Positions 31,813 to 40,001 of a stretch of 64,000 nucleotides of DNA are shown piece after piece. Each line of letters starts with the position of its first letter. Within the stretch, counting starts at the first letter, position 1. Under the pieces are notes generated by a model. It did no database searches. It was not told the DNA's origin and was given only the letters and a program-made list of their open reading frames with translations. Origin of the DNA: Acidobacteriota bacterium (GTDB taxonomy: Bacteria > Acidobacteriota > UBA6911); contig OY761556.1 of NCBI GenBank assembly GCA_963664705.1, positions 1,504,001-1,568,000 on the forward strand, read 5' to 3'. The position numbers were made by a program, and so were the translations under genes.

Positions 31813-32778
31813 ATGATGGATGCTGCGATCGAACTGATAAATGTAACCAAAACATTCGGCAACACGGTTGCCATTAAAAATTTGGACCTCGCGATCCCGC
31901 GAGGAGGAATTTATGGATTCATCGGCCCGAATGGTGCCGGGAAAACGACAACGATCCGCCTGATCATGTCGATTCTCTTTCCGGACTCCGGGTCTCTTTC
32001 GGTGTTGGGATACCGTTCGGCGCTGGAAGCAAAGAAACGGATCGGCTACTTGCCCGAAGAACGCGGCGTATACCGCAAAATGCGGGTCGGAGAGTTTTTG
32101 GATTTTGTGGCGGGTCTCAAAGGGCTCAAAGGACCAGATCTCGGGAAAAGGATCAAGACTTCACTCGAGCGCGTTGGCCTGGGCGGTACCGAGCAGCGGC
32201 GGTGTGAGGAGTTTTCCAAGGGAATGCTCCAGAAGGTTCAGTTTCTTGCTGCCGTGATTCATCAGCCGGACCTTTTGATTCTGGATGAGCCCTTCAGCGG
32301 CCTCGATCCTGTCAGCTCAAAACTCTTGCGTGACTTGATTCTGGAGGAACACCGCCGGGGCGCAACGATTCTCTTTTCGACTCACGTGATGCCCCAAGCG
32401 GAGGAAATCTGCCAGCATGTTGTGATGGTGCATCAGGGCCGGAAAGTGCTGGACGAAAAGGTTGCCACAATTTGCAGCCAATACGATCCGCGGACCATCG
32501 AATTGGTTCCCCTCGACTCCCAGGCCGATATGACGCCGGTTGCGGGCATTGAGGGAATTGAGCGCATGGAATGCAGCAATTCAGTTTACAAGCTGTCGCT
32601 TCGCGATGGAGTGAATCCGGCGGAGGCAATGCGCAAAATCATAGATGTTGTCGCTCCTGCCCGCCTGGAGTTGTCGCGGCCGCATCTCGAGGAAATTTTT
32701 ATCCGCTTGGTGTCGTCCGAAAGCGATACCGCCGAAGACAGACGCAAATTGAGAGTGGATCTGGGGGAACAAGGCTAA
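31813..32778 (+). CDS. ABC-2 type ATP-binding protein
   Basis: GPNGAGKT, FSKGM, LILDEPFSGLD, STH. Confidence 0.92.
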   Translation: MMDAAIELINVTKTFGNTVAIKNLDLAIPRGGIYGFIGPNGAGKTTTIRLIMSILFPDSGSLSVLGYRSALEAKKRIGYLPEERGVYRKMRVGEFLDFVAGLKGLKGPDLGKRIKTSLERVGLGGTEQRRCEEFSKGMLQKVQFLAAVIHQPDLLILDEPFSGLDPVSSKLLRDLILEEHRRGATILFSTHVMPQAEEICQHVVMVHQGRKVLDEKVATICSQYDPRTIELVPLDSQADMTPVAGIEGIERMECSNSVYKLSLRDGVNPAEAMRKIIDVVAPARLELSRPHLEEIFIRLVSSESDTAEDRRKLRVDLGEQG

Positions 32779-34148
32779 TGAATAATATTTTTAGGATAGC
32801 AAAGCGTGAGTTCATGGCCACGGCGGCCACGCGCGCATTTGTCATCGGCCTTTTGATATTTCCGAGCATGATTGCGATTTTTGCCTTGCTGGGGCCCCGC
32901 CTGTTTGGTTCCAGGGATTTTAAGATTCAAGGCACGATAGCCGTAATCGATCCTACGGGCCGCGTCCTTCCGGAACTGCGGAAATCCTGTGATCCTGTGA
33001 CAATTGCGGCGGGGCGCAAACTGGCGGCGAAGAGGGCTCTGGCCAATGCGCCGCAGCAGGTTCGGCAACTGGCCGAAAGCTCAGGCAACAAAAATGTCTG
33101 GGACTCGCTGGAGCCGATTCCCAACATCCAAATTATCGAGCGCCCTGCCGCATCGGACCTCGAGAAGGAAAAGGCCTGGCTTTTAACTCAGACAAGAGAG
33201 AATCCGCGTTTAGCGCTGGTAGTTGTGCATGGAAATGCGGTCGAACCGGCCGGGGGGAGTCTGGATTATGGCTCGTATGATCTCTATGTCCCGCCCAATA
33301 TCGATGATCGGGCGGGGAATGAAATACAGCGGTGCCTTCGAGAAGCGATTGTAAATGCCCGGCTGCAGGTGCGCGCACTTGACCAGACGGAAATAGATGC
33401 CATTGTTCAGGTGCCGCCGGTGCGGTCCACCACTGTAACCGTCAAAGAGGAGCGGCAGACGGTCCGTGGATTCAACGTAATGCTGCCTGCGGTATTTGGT
33501 GCGTTGCTGTTCATGGGAGTGATCGGAGGAGGGGGGCAGTTGCTTACGACCATGGTTGAGGAGAAATCCAACCGTATCGTGGAGGTTCTGTTATCGGCTG
33601 TTTCACCAATGGAATTGATGGCGGGCAAGCTTCTGGGCCAAATGGCGGTCAGCCTGATTGGAATGGCGTTGTATATTGCGATGGGAGTCGCAATGCTGGC
33701 CGGATTTTCGCTTTTCGGGCTTTTTGACGTTTCCCTTATTTTCTATCTGCTTCTATTTTTCCTTATCACCTATTTGCTGATGGGCTCATTGATGATGGCT
33801 GTTGGTGCGGCTGTCAATGATATGAAGGAAGCGCAGTCCCTGATGGCCCCGCTGACAATCATCTTCATGATTCCATGGCTGCTCTGGATGCCGATTTCCC
33901 GCAACCCGGATTCTGTCTTTAGCATTACGATGAGCTTCACTCCTTTTGTGAACACGTTCGCGATGCTCTTGCGCATGGCATCCAATACGCCTCCTCCATT
34001 CTGGCAGGTGTGGCTCTCGATCCTGATCGGTATCGGGACGGCGTACATCGCCCTCTGGTTTACGGCCAAAGTCTTTCGCATCGGGCTTCTCATGTACGGG
34101 AAACCACCCAATTTCGCAACTCTTATTCGCTGGGCTCGGGCAGCGTAG
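32778..34148 (+). CDS. ABC-2 type permease (NatB/YhaP-like)
   Basis: IAKREF, EEKSNRIVEVLLSAV, AGKLLG, FRIGLLMYGK; TAATG coupling. Confidence 0.9.
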   Translation: MNNIFRIAKREFMATAATRAFVIGLLIFPSMIAIFALLGPRLFGSRDFKIQGTIAVIDPTGRVLPELRKSCDPVTIAAGRKLAAKRALANAPQQVRQLAESSGNKNVWDSLEPIPNIQIIERPAASDLEKEKAWLLTQTRENPRLALVVVHGNAVEPAGGSLDYGSYDLYVPPNIDDRAGNEIQRCLREAIVNARLQVRALDQTEIDAIVQVPPVRSTTVTVKEERQTVRGFNVMLPAVFGALLFMGVIGGGGQLLTTMVEEKSNRIVEVLLSAVSPMELMAGKLLGQMAVSLIGMALYIAMGVAMLAGFSLFGLFDVSLIFYLLLFFLITYLLMGSLMMAVGAAVNDMKEAQSLMAPLTIIFMIPWLLWMPISRNPDSVFSITMSFTPFVNTFAMLLRMASNTPPPFWQVWLSILIGIGTAYIALWFTAKVFRIGLLMYGKPPNFATLIRWARAA

Positions 34149-34252
34149 GAAAAAAGGGAATTGGAGCCGAAGCAATCGATTCGTTGCCTGCGTATGACCG
34201 GATGGCCAAACCTCATATCGCGATTAAGAGGGTGTTTGTGGCGCAATAGTGC

Positions 34253-34281
34253 TTGCGAAAAGCTGCGACAAAAAGTAAAGT
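34253..34281 (+). promoter_or_regulatory. Probable native tRNA-Gly promoter, now pointing into the element
   Basis: TTGCGA - 17 bp - TAAAGT, about 60 bp before the tRNA 5' fragment. Confidence 0.4.
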
Positions 34282-34336
34282 ACTTGCAATGTAAAGCTGT
34301 GCTGAAACCAAGGCATAGTGAACAAGGTAGTTAAAG

Positions 34337-34359
34337 TGAGCGGGAGTAATTCAGCGGTA
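34337..34359 (+). repeat. Left attachment site: duplicate of the tRNA-Gly 5' end
   Basis: TGAGCGGGAGTAATTCAGCGGTA identical to 44750-44772. Confidence 0.92.
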
Positions 34360-34487
34360 TTTGTCCACCCCAGCAAGCAAAAATAATCAAAAACAATAAA
34401 ACATAGATAAATCCTGCTGTTTACGCGGGTGCGGGGATGCCTCTCTTTTTTGTTCTCTGCTTAAAATTGCGCTTTTTCATTCTTTTT

Positions 34488-34598
34488 TGTTGCGGTATTG
34501 GTGCGACGGAGTAATAGTAATTTCGGCTGGGTGATAATTAATTCAAATTTTACACCCTAATTTCTAGCAGTCGCACCAGTCGCACCAATACCGCAACA
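34488..34598. repeat. Perfect 20-bp inverted repeat (candidate integrase arm sites)
   Basis: TGTTGCGGTATTGGTGCGAC (34488-34507) and GTCGCACCAATACCGCAACA (34579-34598); a 17/19 copy at 44683-44701. Confidence 0.75.
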
Positions 34599-34602
34599 GA
34601 CT

Positions 34603-35700
34603 ATGAAAATTGCCCTACGATCCAGACCGACTACGATACGTGGCAAACGAAGCCTGTACCTTGATTTTTACGACAACGGCAGGCGCTGGTATGAAAGCCT
34701 GGGCTTATACACGATCGGCGATCGTGAGGCGGATAAACAGACAAAACGGCTTGCAGAAACTATCCTCAGCCAGCGGCGGCTTGATGCTGCATCGACTAAC
34801 AACGCGCTGCCAGCGCCATCACGATCAAAAGCCGATTTTGTGGAATTCTGCCGGAAGATCGGAGAGGAAAAGCCTTCGGAGAATACCCAGCTTGTTTGGA
34901 AAAACACCATTTCCCATTTAAAAGCCTTCGCGGGGGAACATGGAATTACGCTCGGGGCCATCAATGAAGCTTTTCTGGAAAGATTCCGCGACTACCTTTT
35001 GACGAAGGTGAGCCCGAATACAGCGCTCACCTATTTTTCCAGAATAAAGACAGCCTGCAGGAAAGCGGCGAATGAGCAAATCATCCCGCGTTATGTCGGA
35101 AGCGGTATCACGATCAGAAAACAGCAGACTAACCGCGCATACTTGACACTTGAGGAACTGCAAAAGCTCGAACGGACTCCAAGCGCAAACCAGGCGGTAA
35201 GGGATGGCTTCCTGTTCTCATGTTTTGCAGGATTGCGATATAGCGACGTAAAAGCGCTGACCTGGGATCAGGTAAGGCGAGAGGGAAATCATTCGTTCTT
35301 GTGGTTCTCACAAGAGAAAACAGGGGATTTTCAATCACTCCCGCTATCTCACCAGGCGCTTGAAATTCTGAACGCGCAGCAAAAGGCAAAACCTTCGCCG
35401 AAGATCCGGCAGGAAATTGGGAAAGACATTATTTTCAAGCTTCCTGCTCAGCAGACTGTGGACAAGGCTTTGAAGCGCTGGGCGAAGCGGGCCGGGATAG
35501 AAAAAACCGTTAGTTTTCATGTGGGCCGTCATACCTTCGCAACACTGGCGCTCACCTATGGTGCGGATCTTTACGTTGTTTCAAAGCTGCTCGGGCATCG
35601 GCGGATAGAGACAACGGAAATATATGCAAAAGTCGTGGATAAATCCAAGCGGGATGCAGTTACACTTCTGCCAAAGCTCAAACGAGCGCCGAAAAAATAA
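34603..35700 (+). CDS. Tyrosine integrase with N-terminal arm-binding region
   Basis: SLYLDFY, GLRYSD, EKTG, FHVGRHTFAT, LLGH, TEIYAK give the R-K-H-R-H-Y catalytic set. Confidence 0.95.
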   Translation: MKIALRSRPTTIRGKRSLYLDFYDNGRRWYESLGLYTIGDREADKQTKRLAETILSQRRLDAASTNNALPAPSRSKADFVEFCRKIGEEKPSENTQLVWKNTISHLKAFAGEHGITLGAINEAFLERFRDYLLTKVSPNTALTYFSRIKTACRKAANEQIIPRYVGSGITIRKQQTNRAYLTLEELQKLERTPSANQAVRDGFLFSCFAGLRYSDVKALTWDQVRREGNHSFLWFSQEKTGDFQSLPLSHQALEILNAQQKAKPSPKIRQEIGKDIIFKLPAQQTVDKALKRWAKRAGIEKTVSFHVGRHTFATLALTYGADLYVVSKLLGHRRIETTEIYAKVVDKSKRDAVTLLPKLKRAPKK

Positions 35701-35929
35701 AGCCGATAGTCTTTAGATCCTTCACAGATATATCCAAAAAATATCAAATATCCTATAAATGTGTCTGATTAAACAGAACACCTAAAAATATTTGTGTAGC
35801 GCTGACAGCCTTTATTTATAAGGGTTTAGTGGCGATATAGGGGGGTGTCTTACAAGATAGGACATAGTTTTTTTATTTGCCCATCTTTAATCTACTACTC
35901 GGCTGTTGTTGTTATTAGGAGATTCCAAA

Positions 35930-36217
35930 ATGACCAATCGTGAAATTGCCGAAAAATTAGAGAGCATAGAATCTAAGCTTTCCGATCTGACCAAGGCCTC
36001 AGAAAAACCCTTTGATTTGGCGGCGGCTGCGGACTATCTGAAGATGAGCAGAAGCCACTTATATCAATTGACCTGCCGAGGAATAATAGCGCACTACAAG
36101 CCAGGCGGAAAGCGAATCTACTTTGAAAAATGTGATTTGGATGAATACGTGCGGCGGAACCGTATCAGATCGCAATTCGAATTGGAATCTGAAGCTGCCA
36201 ACCGGATATCGGCTTAA
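35930..36217 (+). CDS. Excisionase-type helix-turn-helix protein
   Basis: AAADYLKMSRSHLYQLT...IAHYKPGGKRIYFEKCDLDEY. Confidence 0.88.
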   Translation: MTNREIAEKLESIESKLSDLTKASEKPFDLAAAADYLKMSRSHLYQLTCRGIIAHYKPGGKRIYFEKCDLDEYVRRNRIRSQFELESEAANRISA

Positions 36218-36229
36218 GAAGGCTTCCCA

Positions 36230-37087
36230 ATGAATAAGTTTTGGTGGTTTCCATTTCCTGTCGAATGGTGGCTGGTTACTACACGGTTCATGACTGCAGA
36301 ACAGGCAGGCTTTCTAATCAACCTGATGGCTGAATGTGGAAATTCGCCTGAGTGCGGAATTCCCGCCGACCCTGATACTTTGTGGCAGCGGGCGCGCGCA
36401 AAAAATCGAAAACGATTCGAATTTTTATCAAAACCAGTCCTGGAATTGTTTGTACTCCGAAATGACTTCTATTACTCACGAAAATTGCTCGAACTGAAAG
36501 AAGACCTTGACGAAAAGACAGCCCGCCGTCAAGCAGCTGGAAAAGCTGGAGCTACAGCCCGCTGGGGATCAGAAAGCGCAAAGCAACCGGATAGCAATGC
36601 TATGCGTTTGCCATCAACGCCGCATGCGGATGCCATAAAATCGCAATGCGAAACAATGGCATATACAGTTACAGATACAATTAGAGATACAGAACATAAC
36701 AGAACAGAAGATAAAAATACTTCTTGCGCTGCGGCAAGCGCCGCGCCGGAACCAGTCGAGCCGGTTATATCGCTTCCTCTGAATGATGGAACTGAATTTT
36801 CAGTTGAGCAAAAAATGCTCGATGAGTGGCTAGAACTTTATCCTGGCGTCGATGTGCGCCAGGCGCTTCGGAATATGCGCGGCTGGCTTCTCGGTAATCC
36901 ACGGAATCGAAAAACCTGGAGCGGCATATACAAATTCATCGTTAGTTGGCTCTCAAAGGATCAAAACAAAGCGCCAGCACTCAGTGGCAAGAACGGCCAC
37001 CGGAAACTAGCCAACATAGCCAGGCTGACAGAGGAAGATCTTTCGGGCGGACGGACCATGAATCCAGATGGGACTTATCGATTATGA
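36230..37087 (+). CDS. Phage replication initiator (YdaU/DUF1376-like N-terminus)
   Basis: WWFPFPVEWWLVTTRFMTAEQAG, AGKAGATARW, DTIRDTE linker, LYPGVDVRQALRNMRGWL...RKT...FIVSWL. Confidence 0.8.
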   Translation: MNKFWWFPFPVEWWLVTTRFMTAEQAGFLINLMAECGNSPECGIPADPDTLWQRARAKNRKRFEFLSKPVLELFVLRNDFYYSRKLLELKEDLDEKTARRQAAGKAGATARWGSESAKQPDSNAMRLPSTPHADAIKSQCETMAYTVTDTIRDTEHNRTEDKNTSCAAASAAPEPVEPVISLPLNDGTEFSVEQKMLDEWLELYPGVDVRQALRNMRGWLLGNPRNRKTWSGIYKFIVSWLSKDQNKAPALSGKNGHRKLANIARLTEEDLSGGRTMNPDGTYRL

Positions 37088-37228
37088 ACGGATTTCCTGC
37101 TGTGCCCAGGTCTCAAAACTACCTTTCAGGGGCAGGCGTCAACGGACTACTCCACCGTTGACAGTCGATCGGCAACCGTGGCACATGCCGATCGGCACAA
37201 CACACAAATGACGAGAAAGGAAAAACAA

Positions 37229-38047
37229 ATGGAACAGGCAAGCGTTGTTACGGATCAGCAATTACGGGCGAGCTTCCGCGCTGTAATCGGCAAATCTGAA
37301 TCTGTGATTGTCAGAGAAGACAAGAAAATCTGGCGTGCATTCCACGCGCAGCTACCCGGACCGCATAAGCCAATAACGCGCGAGCAAAGCAAACGCTGCG
37401 CTGAAGCTGAGGGGCTTGTGTACGAAGGGCTTCAGCCCTGGGGATTTTGCCTATACCGGAAAGATGCGAAAAGGCCCGAAATTCGGCTAATGGCATATGC
37501 GCGTGAAAAGGGATTGCATTATGTCGATGCGCCTGCATCGGGTTCCGCAAGCACGTCCAAAGGCGCGACGGTTGAACCTGGCCAGGCCATCGTCAAAAAC
37601 GATGTTCCGCAAGCTAAGCCTGCCCAGAAAAAAACGTTCAAGACTCCAAGACAAATTGCGGCGGATGCAGTGCAACTGGTAGAAACCGCGCGGGCAGAAG
37701 GCCGCATTCTCAGCAGTTCCGATGCTGTGAATATGGTTTTAGCCAGGCCCGGAACTGTTTGCTCAGCAATGCTCAAGGAAAGCGTGAGCCCGCACAGTGA
37801 TGAGCCCGCATCCGCCGTGGTGGATAGCCAGGTGCGCCAGGTGCAGGACTTGGTTGCGTATGAAGCGGCGCACGGTCGCAAACTCACAAACGCCGAAGCC
37901 CTGGCGATAGTTACGCAAAAAGAAAGCGCCGAAGATCCGAAGCAGCTGGCACGCAGGGCGCAGCAATATGTTGACGCCCAGGCCGCGCTGGGGCACCGAG
38001 TAACCATGGCCGAGGCAGTCTCGACTATTTTACAAACAAACCACTAA
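37229..38047 (+). CDS. Hypothetical protein with three helix-Gly-helix repeats resembling phage scaffold C-termini
   Basis: RBS AGAAAGGA; repeats ...ARAEGRILSSSDAV, ...EAAHGRKLTNAEAL, ...QAALGHRVTMAEAV. Confidence 0.65.
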   Translation: MEQASVVTDQQLRASFRAVIGKSESVIVREDKKIWRAFHAQLPGPHKPITREQSKRCAEAEGLVYEGLQPWGFCLYRKDAKRPEIRLMAYAREKGLHYVDAPASGSASTSKGATVEPGQAIVKNDVPQAKPAQKKTFKTPRQIAADAVQLVETARAEGRILSSSDAVNMVLARPGTVCSAMLKESVSPHSDEPASAVVDSQVRQVQDLVAYEAAHGRKLTNAEALAIVTQKESAEDPKQLARRAQQYVDAQAALGHRVTMAEAVSTILQTNH

Positions 38048-38057
38048 AGGAGGCCGT

Positions 38058-38486
38058 ATGAAAGAACTTGTTGAAGTTCAAGATTTCTATAATGCGATCG
38101 GGCGCGCTGTAAAGGAAAGCGCCACACGAGAAGCGCTCACCTGGCTGGAACGAGTGCGCGCGGCAATTGAATACGCAGAGCAGCGGGAACTGTCAGAATC
38201 GGAGCGCGATGATATCGCGGCTATAAGAAGGCGGCTTGCGTTTGAAGCCTTAGAAATTCAGCAGCGACTGCTTCCGGTACTGAAGCAGCTTGAGACCGCG
38301 CTGTTTGATGCAGCTGGAAAAGCGGCAATTGATACCGCGTGCACCGGTGTCACCAAGGATTTTGGCGGCGGAAACGTTAAGCGCTATCCGGCTCCATTTC
38401 AGCATCCCGCTGAATACGAAAAGGCAAATTCGGAACCAAAGCGGGAACCATTCCTGCAGCGCCTTTTTGGGAAGGGAGCCGCTTAG
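38058..38486 (+). CDS. Hypothetical alpha-helical protein
   Basis: Strong RBS AAGGAGG; operon position. Confidence 0.75.
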   Translation: MKELVEVQDFYNAIGRAVKESATREALTWLERVRAAIEYAEQRELSESERDDIAAIRRRLAFEALEIQQRLLPVLKQLETALFDAAGKAAIDTACTGVTKDFGGGNVKRYPAPFQHPAEYEKANSEPKREPFLQRLFGKGAA

Positions 38487-38678
38487 ATGTCTGAACAAAT
38501 TGCGGGCAGGCTCAATGACATTCTATTGGGCTTAACTTATCGAAGAAGTTCGGATGATTTAGGGAGTGTACAGCTTCCTGAGTGCGCGCGAAAAGCGATT
38601 GTTTCCGCACTTCTCCCAGAGATCAAAAAAATGATTGCTGAAAACTCTTCCCAGGCTGAAGAAAAGCCCAGCAAATGA
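38487..38678 (+). CDS. Small hypothetical protein
   Basis: ATG immediately follows the previous TAG. Confidence 0.55.
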   Translation: MSEQIAGRLNDILLGLTYRRSSDDLGSVQLPECARKAIVSALLPEIKKMIAENSSQAEEKPSK

Positions 38679-39201
38679 TTTGGCCAGGCGCGCCCACGGC
38701 GTTTCGCTTGACCGAGGCTTTCAAACCTTTCACTCGGTCAGGTGGTTTCCGTGGCAGAGCGCCGATACCTGCGGCAAGCTTCTGGAGCGTGGGCGGCTTG
38801 TCGCAAATAACCAGCGATAGGAAATATCATCGGGAATGCGATTCAAAACCGAAATGACAGAATCAAACCGAAACGATTACGGAAAATGCAAGAGTGCCCG
38901 GCGCTGCGATTGCCAGGCACTCTTTTTAGTTTGCGCGCTTGTCTCGTTTGATAGGACATTGGCAGCAGGTACACCCCAAGGATAGAGTGACGGCATGGTA
39001 AGAGATTTGAAAGAGTTAGGGCCAGTGCAGAAGCGCGGCGGGGGTGGTACACCCAGAGGCGTGAGGGTGTTTTTGAAGGCTGGAGGTACTGGTAGGAAAT
39101 TTTTTAGCGCGGGTACCGGCGATGGCGGGCTTTGGCTTACGTAACGGGTTTTTTAAGTCGTGTCAGTGTCAGTTTGGCTAACCCTGGGAGGGTAATCGGA
39201 A

Positions 39202-39753
39202 ATGGCAAATAGATCTGCTGGTAACCTGGTAAGAGTGACGCAGATCATGGCGGATTTTGGATGCTCTGAGCGCCAGGTTGGCCGCTTCGTTTCTGAGGGG
39301 ATGCCCAAAGCCAGGTACGGCAAATATGATCGGCTGGCGTGTCTTATGTGGTACTCGAAAAAGCTAAGGTGCGACCTTGATGCTGCTGGCGATATAACCG
39401 ACTTAGAGCGGGAACAAATCAGAGTACAGAGAGCAACCGCAGATCTAAAGGAAATGGAACTTAGCGATAGACGCGCCAGCTTGATACCGCGCTGGATACA
39501 TGAAAAGCACGTACAGATGGCTTTTGACGCTGTGCGGCGGGCTATCCTGCCAATCGCAGAGCAGATCGCGCCTGAACTTGAAGGCCTGGATAGATTGGAG
39601 ATCAAAACCAGGCTGCACAAGAAGTACCGCGATGTTTTAAGCCAGCTGGCCACGGGCGCGGATGTGGTAATGGAAGTACCTTCCGACGATGATGCGGGCA
39701 CCGAAGTTAAGCAGCCGATCGCAAAGAAGCAAAAAACAAAAGGGCGTAAGTAG
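39202..39753 (+). CDS. Terminase small subunit, lambda Nu1-like
   Basis: Winged HTH ADFGCSERQVGRFVSEGMP...GKYDRLACLMWY, coiled coil EREQIRVQRATADLKEMEL, AILPIAEQIAPEL. Confidence 0.8.
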   Translation: MANRSAGNLVRVTQIMADFGCSERQVGRFVSEGMPKARYGKYDRLACLMWYSKKLRCDLDAAGDITDLEREQIRVQRATADLKEMELSDRRASLIPRWIHEKHVQMAFDAVRRAILPIAEQIAPELEGLDRLEIKTRLHKKYRDVLSQLATGADVVMEVPSDDDAGTEVKQPIAKKQKTKGRK

Positions 39754-39780
39754 GCGCTCAAGCCTGAATGGAGGGAGTCT

Positions 39781-39975
39781 ATGCGCGCGCGATATCACAG
39801 CGTTTGCCGTACTTGTAAAAAGCGCATCCGACCAGGTGAGGAAATTCGTTTCGTGCGCGAAAATTTCACGATTCATCAAAACTGTTCGCCCAAAGTACCG
39901 CCGAAGTCTTCCGCGCTGAATCAGCAACGGACGCAGCTTGCCCTTGAACGGTTTGAGCGCGCCGGATTCCGGTAG
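39781..39975 (+). CDS. Small Zn-finger-like protein
   Basis: RBS GGAGGGAG; CRTC...IRPGEEI...HQNC. Confidence 0.65.
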   Translation: MRARYHSVCRTCKKRIRPGEEIRFVRENFTIHQNCSPKVPPKSSALNQQRTQLALERFERAGFR

Positions 39976-40001
39976 TACCAGGCAAGGAAAGGGGAAAATT
40001 G

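Noticed and set aside
38058-38678. Tail assembly chaperone pair with programmed -1 frameshift
   Set aside because: No in-frame XXXYYYZ heptamer near the ORF end, and the genes are separated from the TMP by terS
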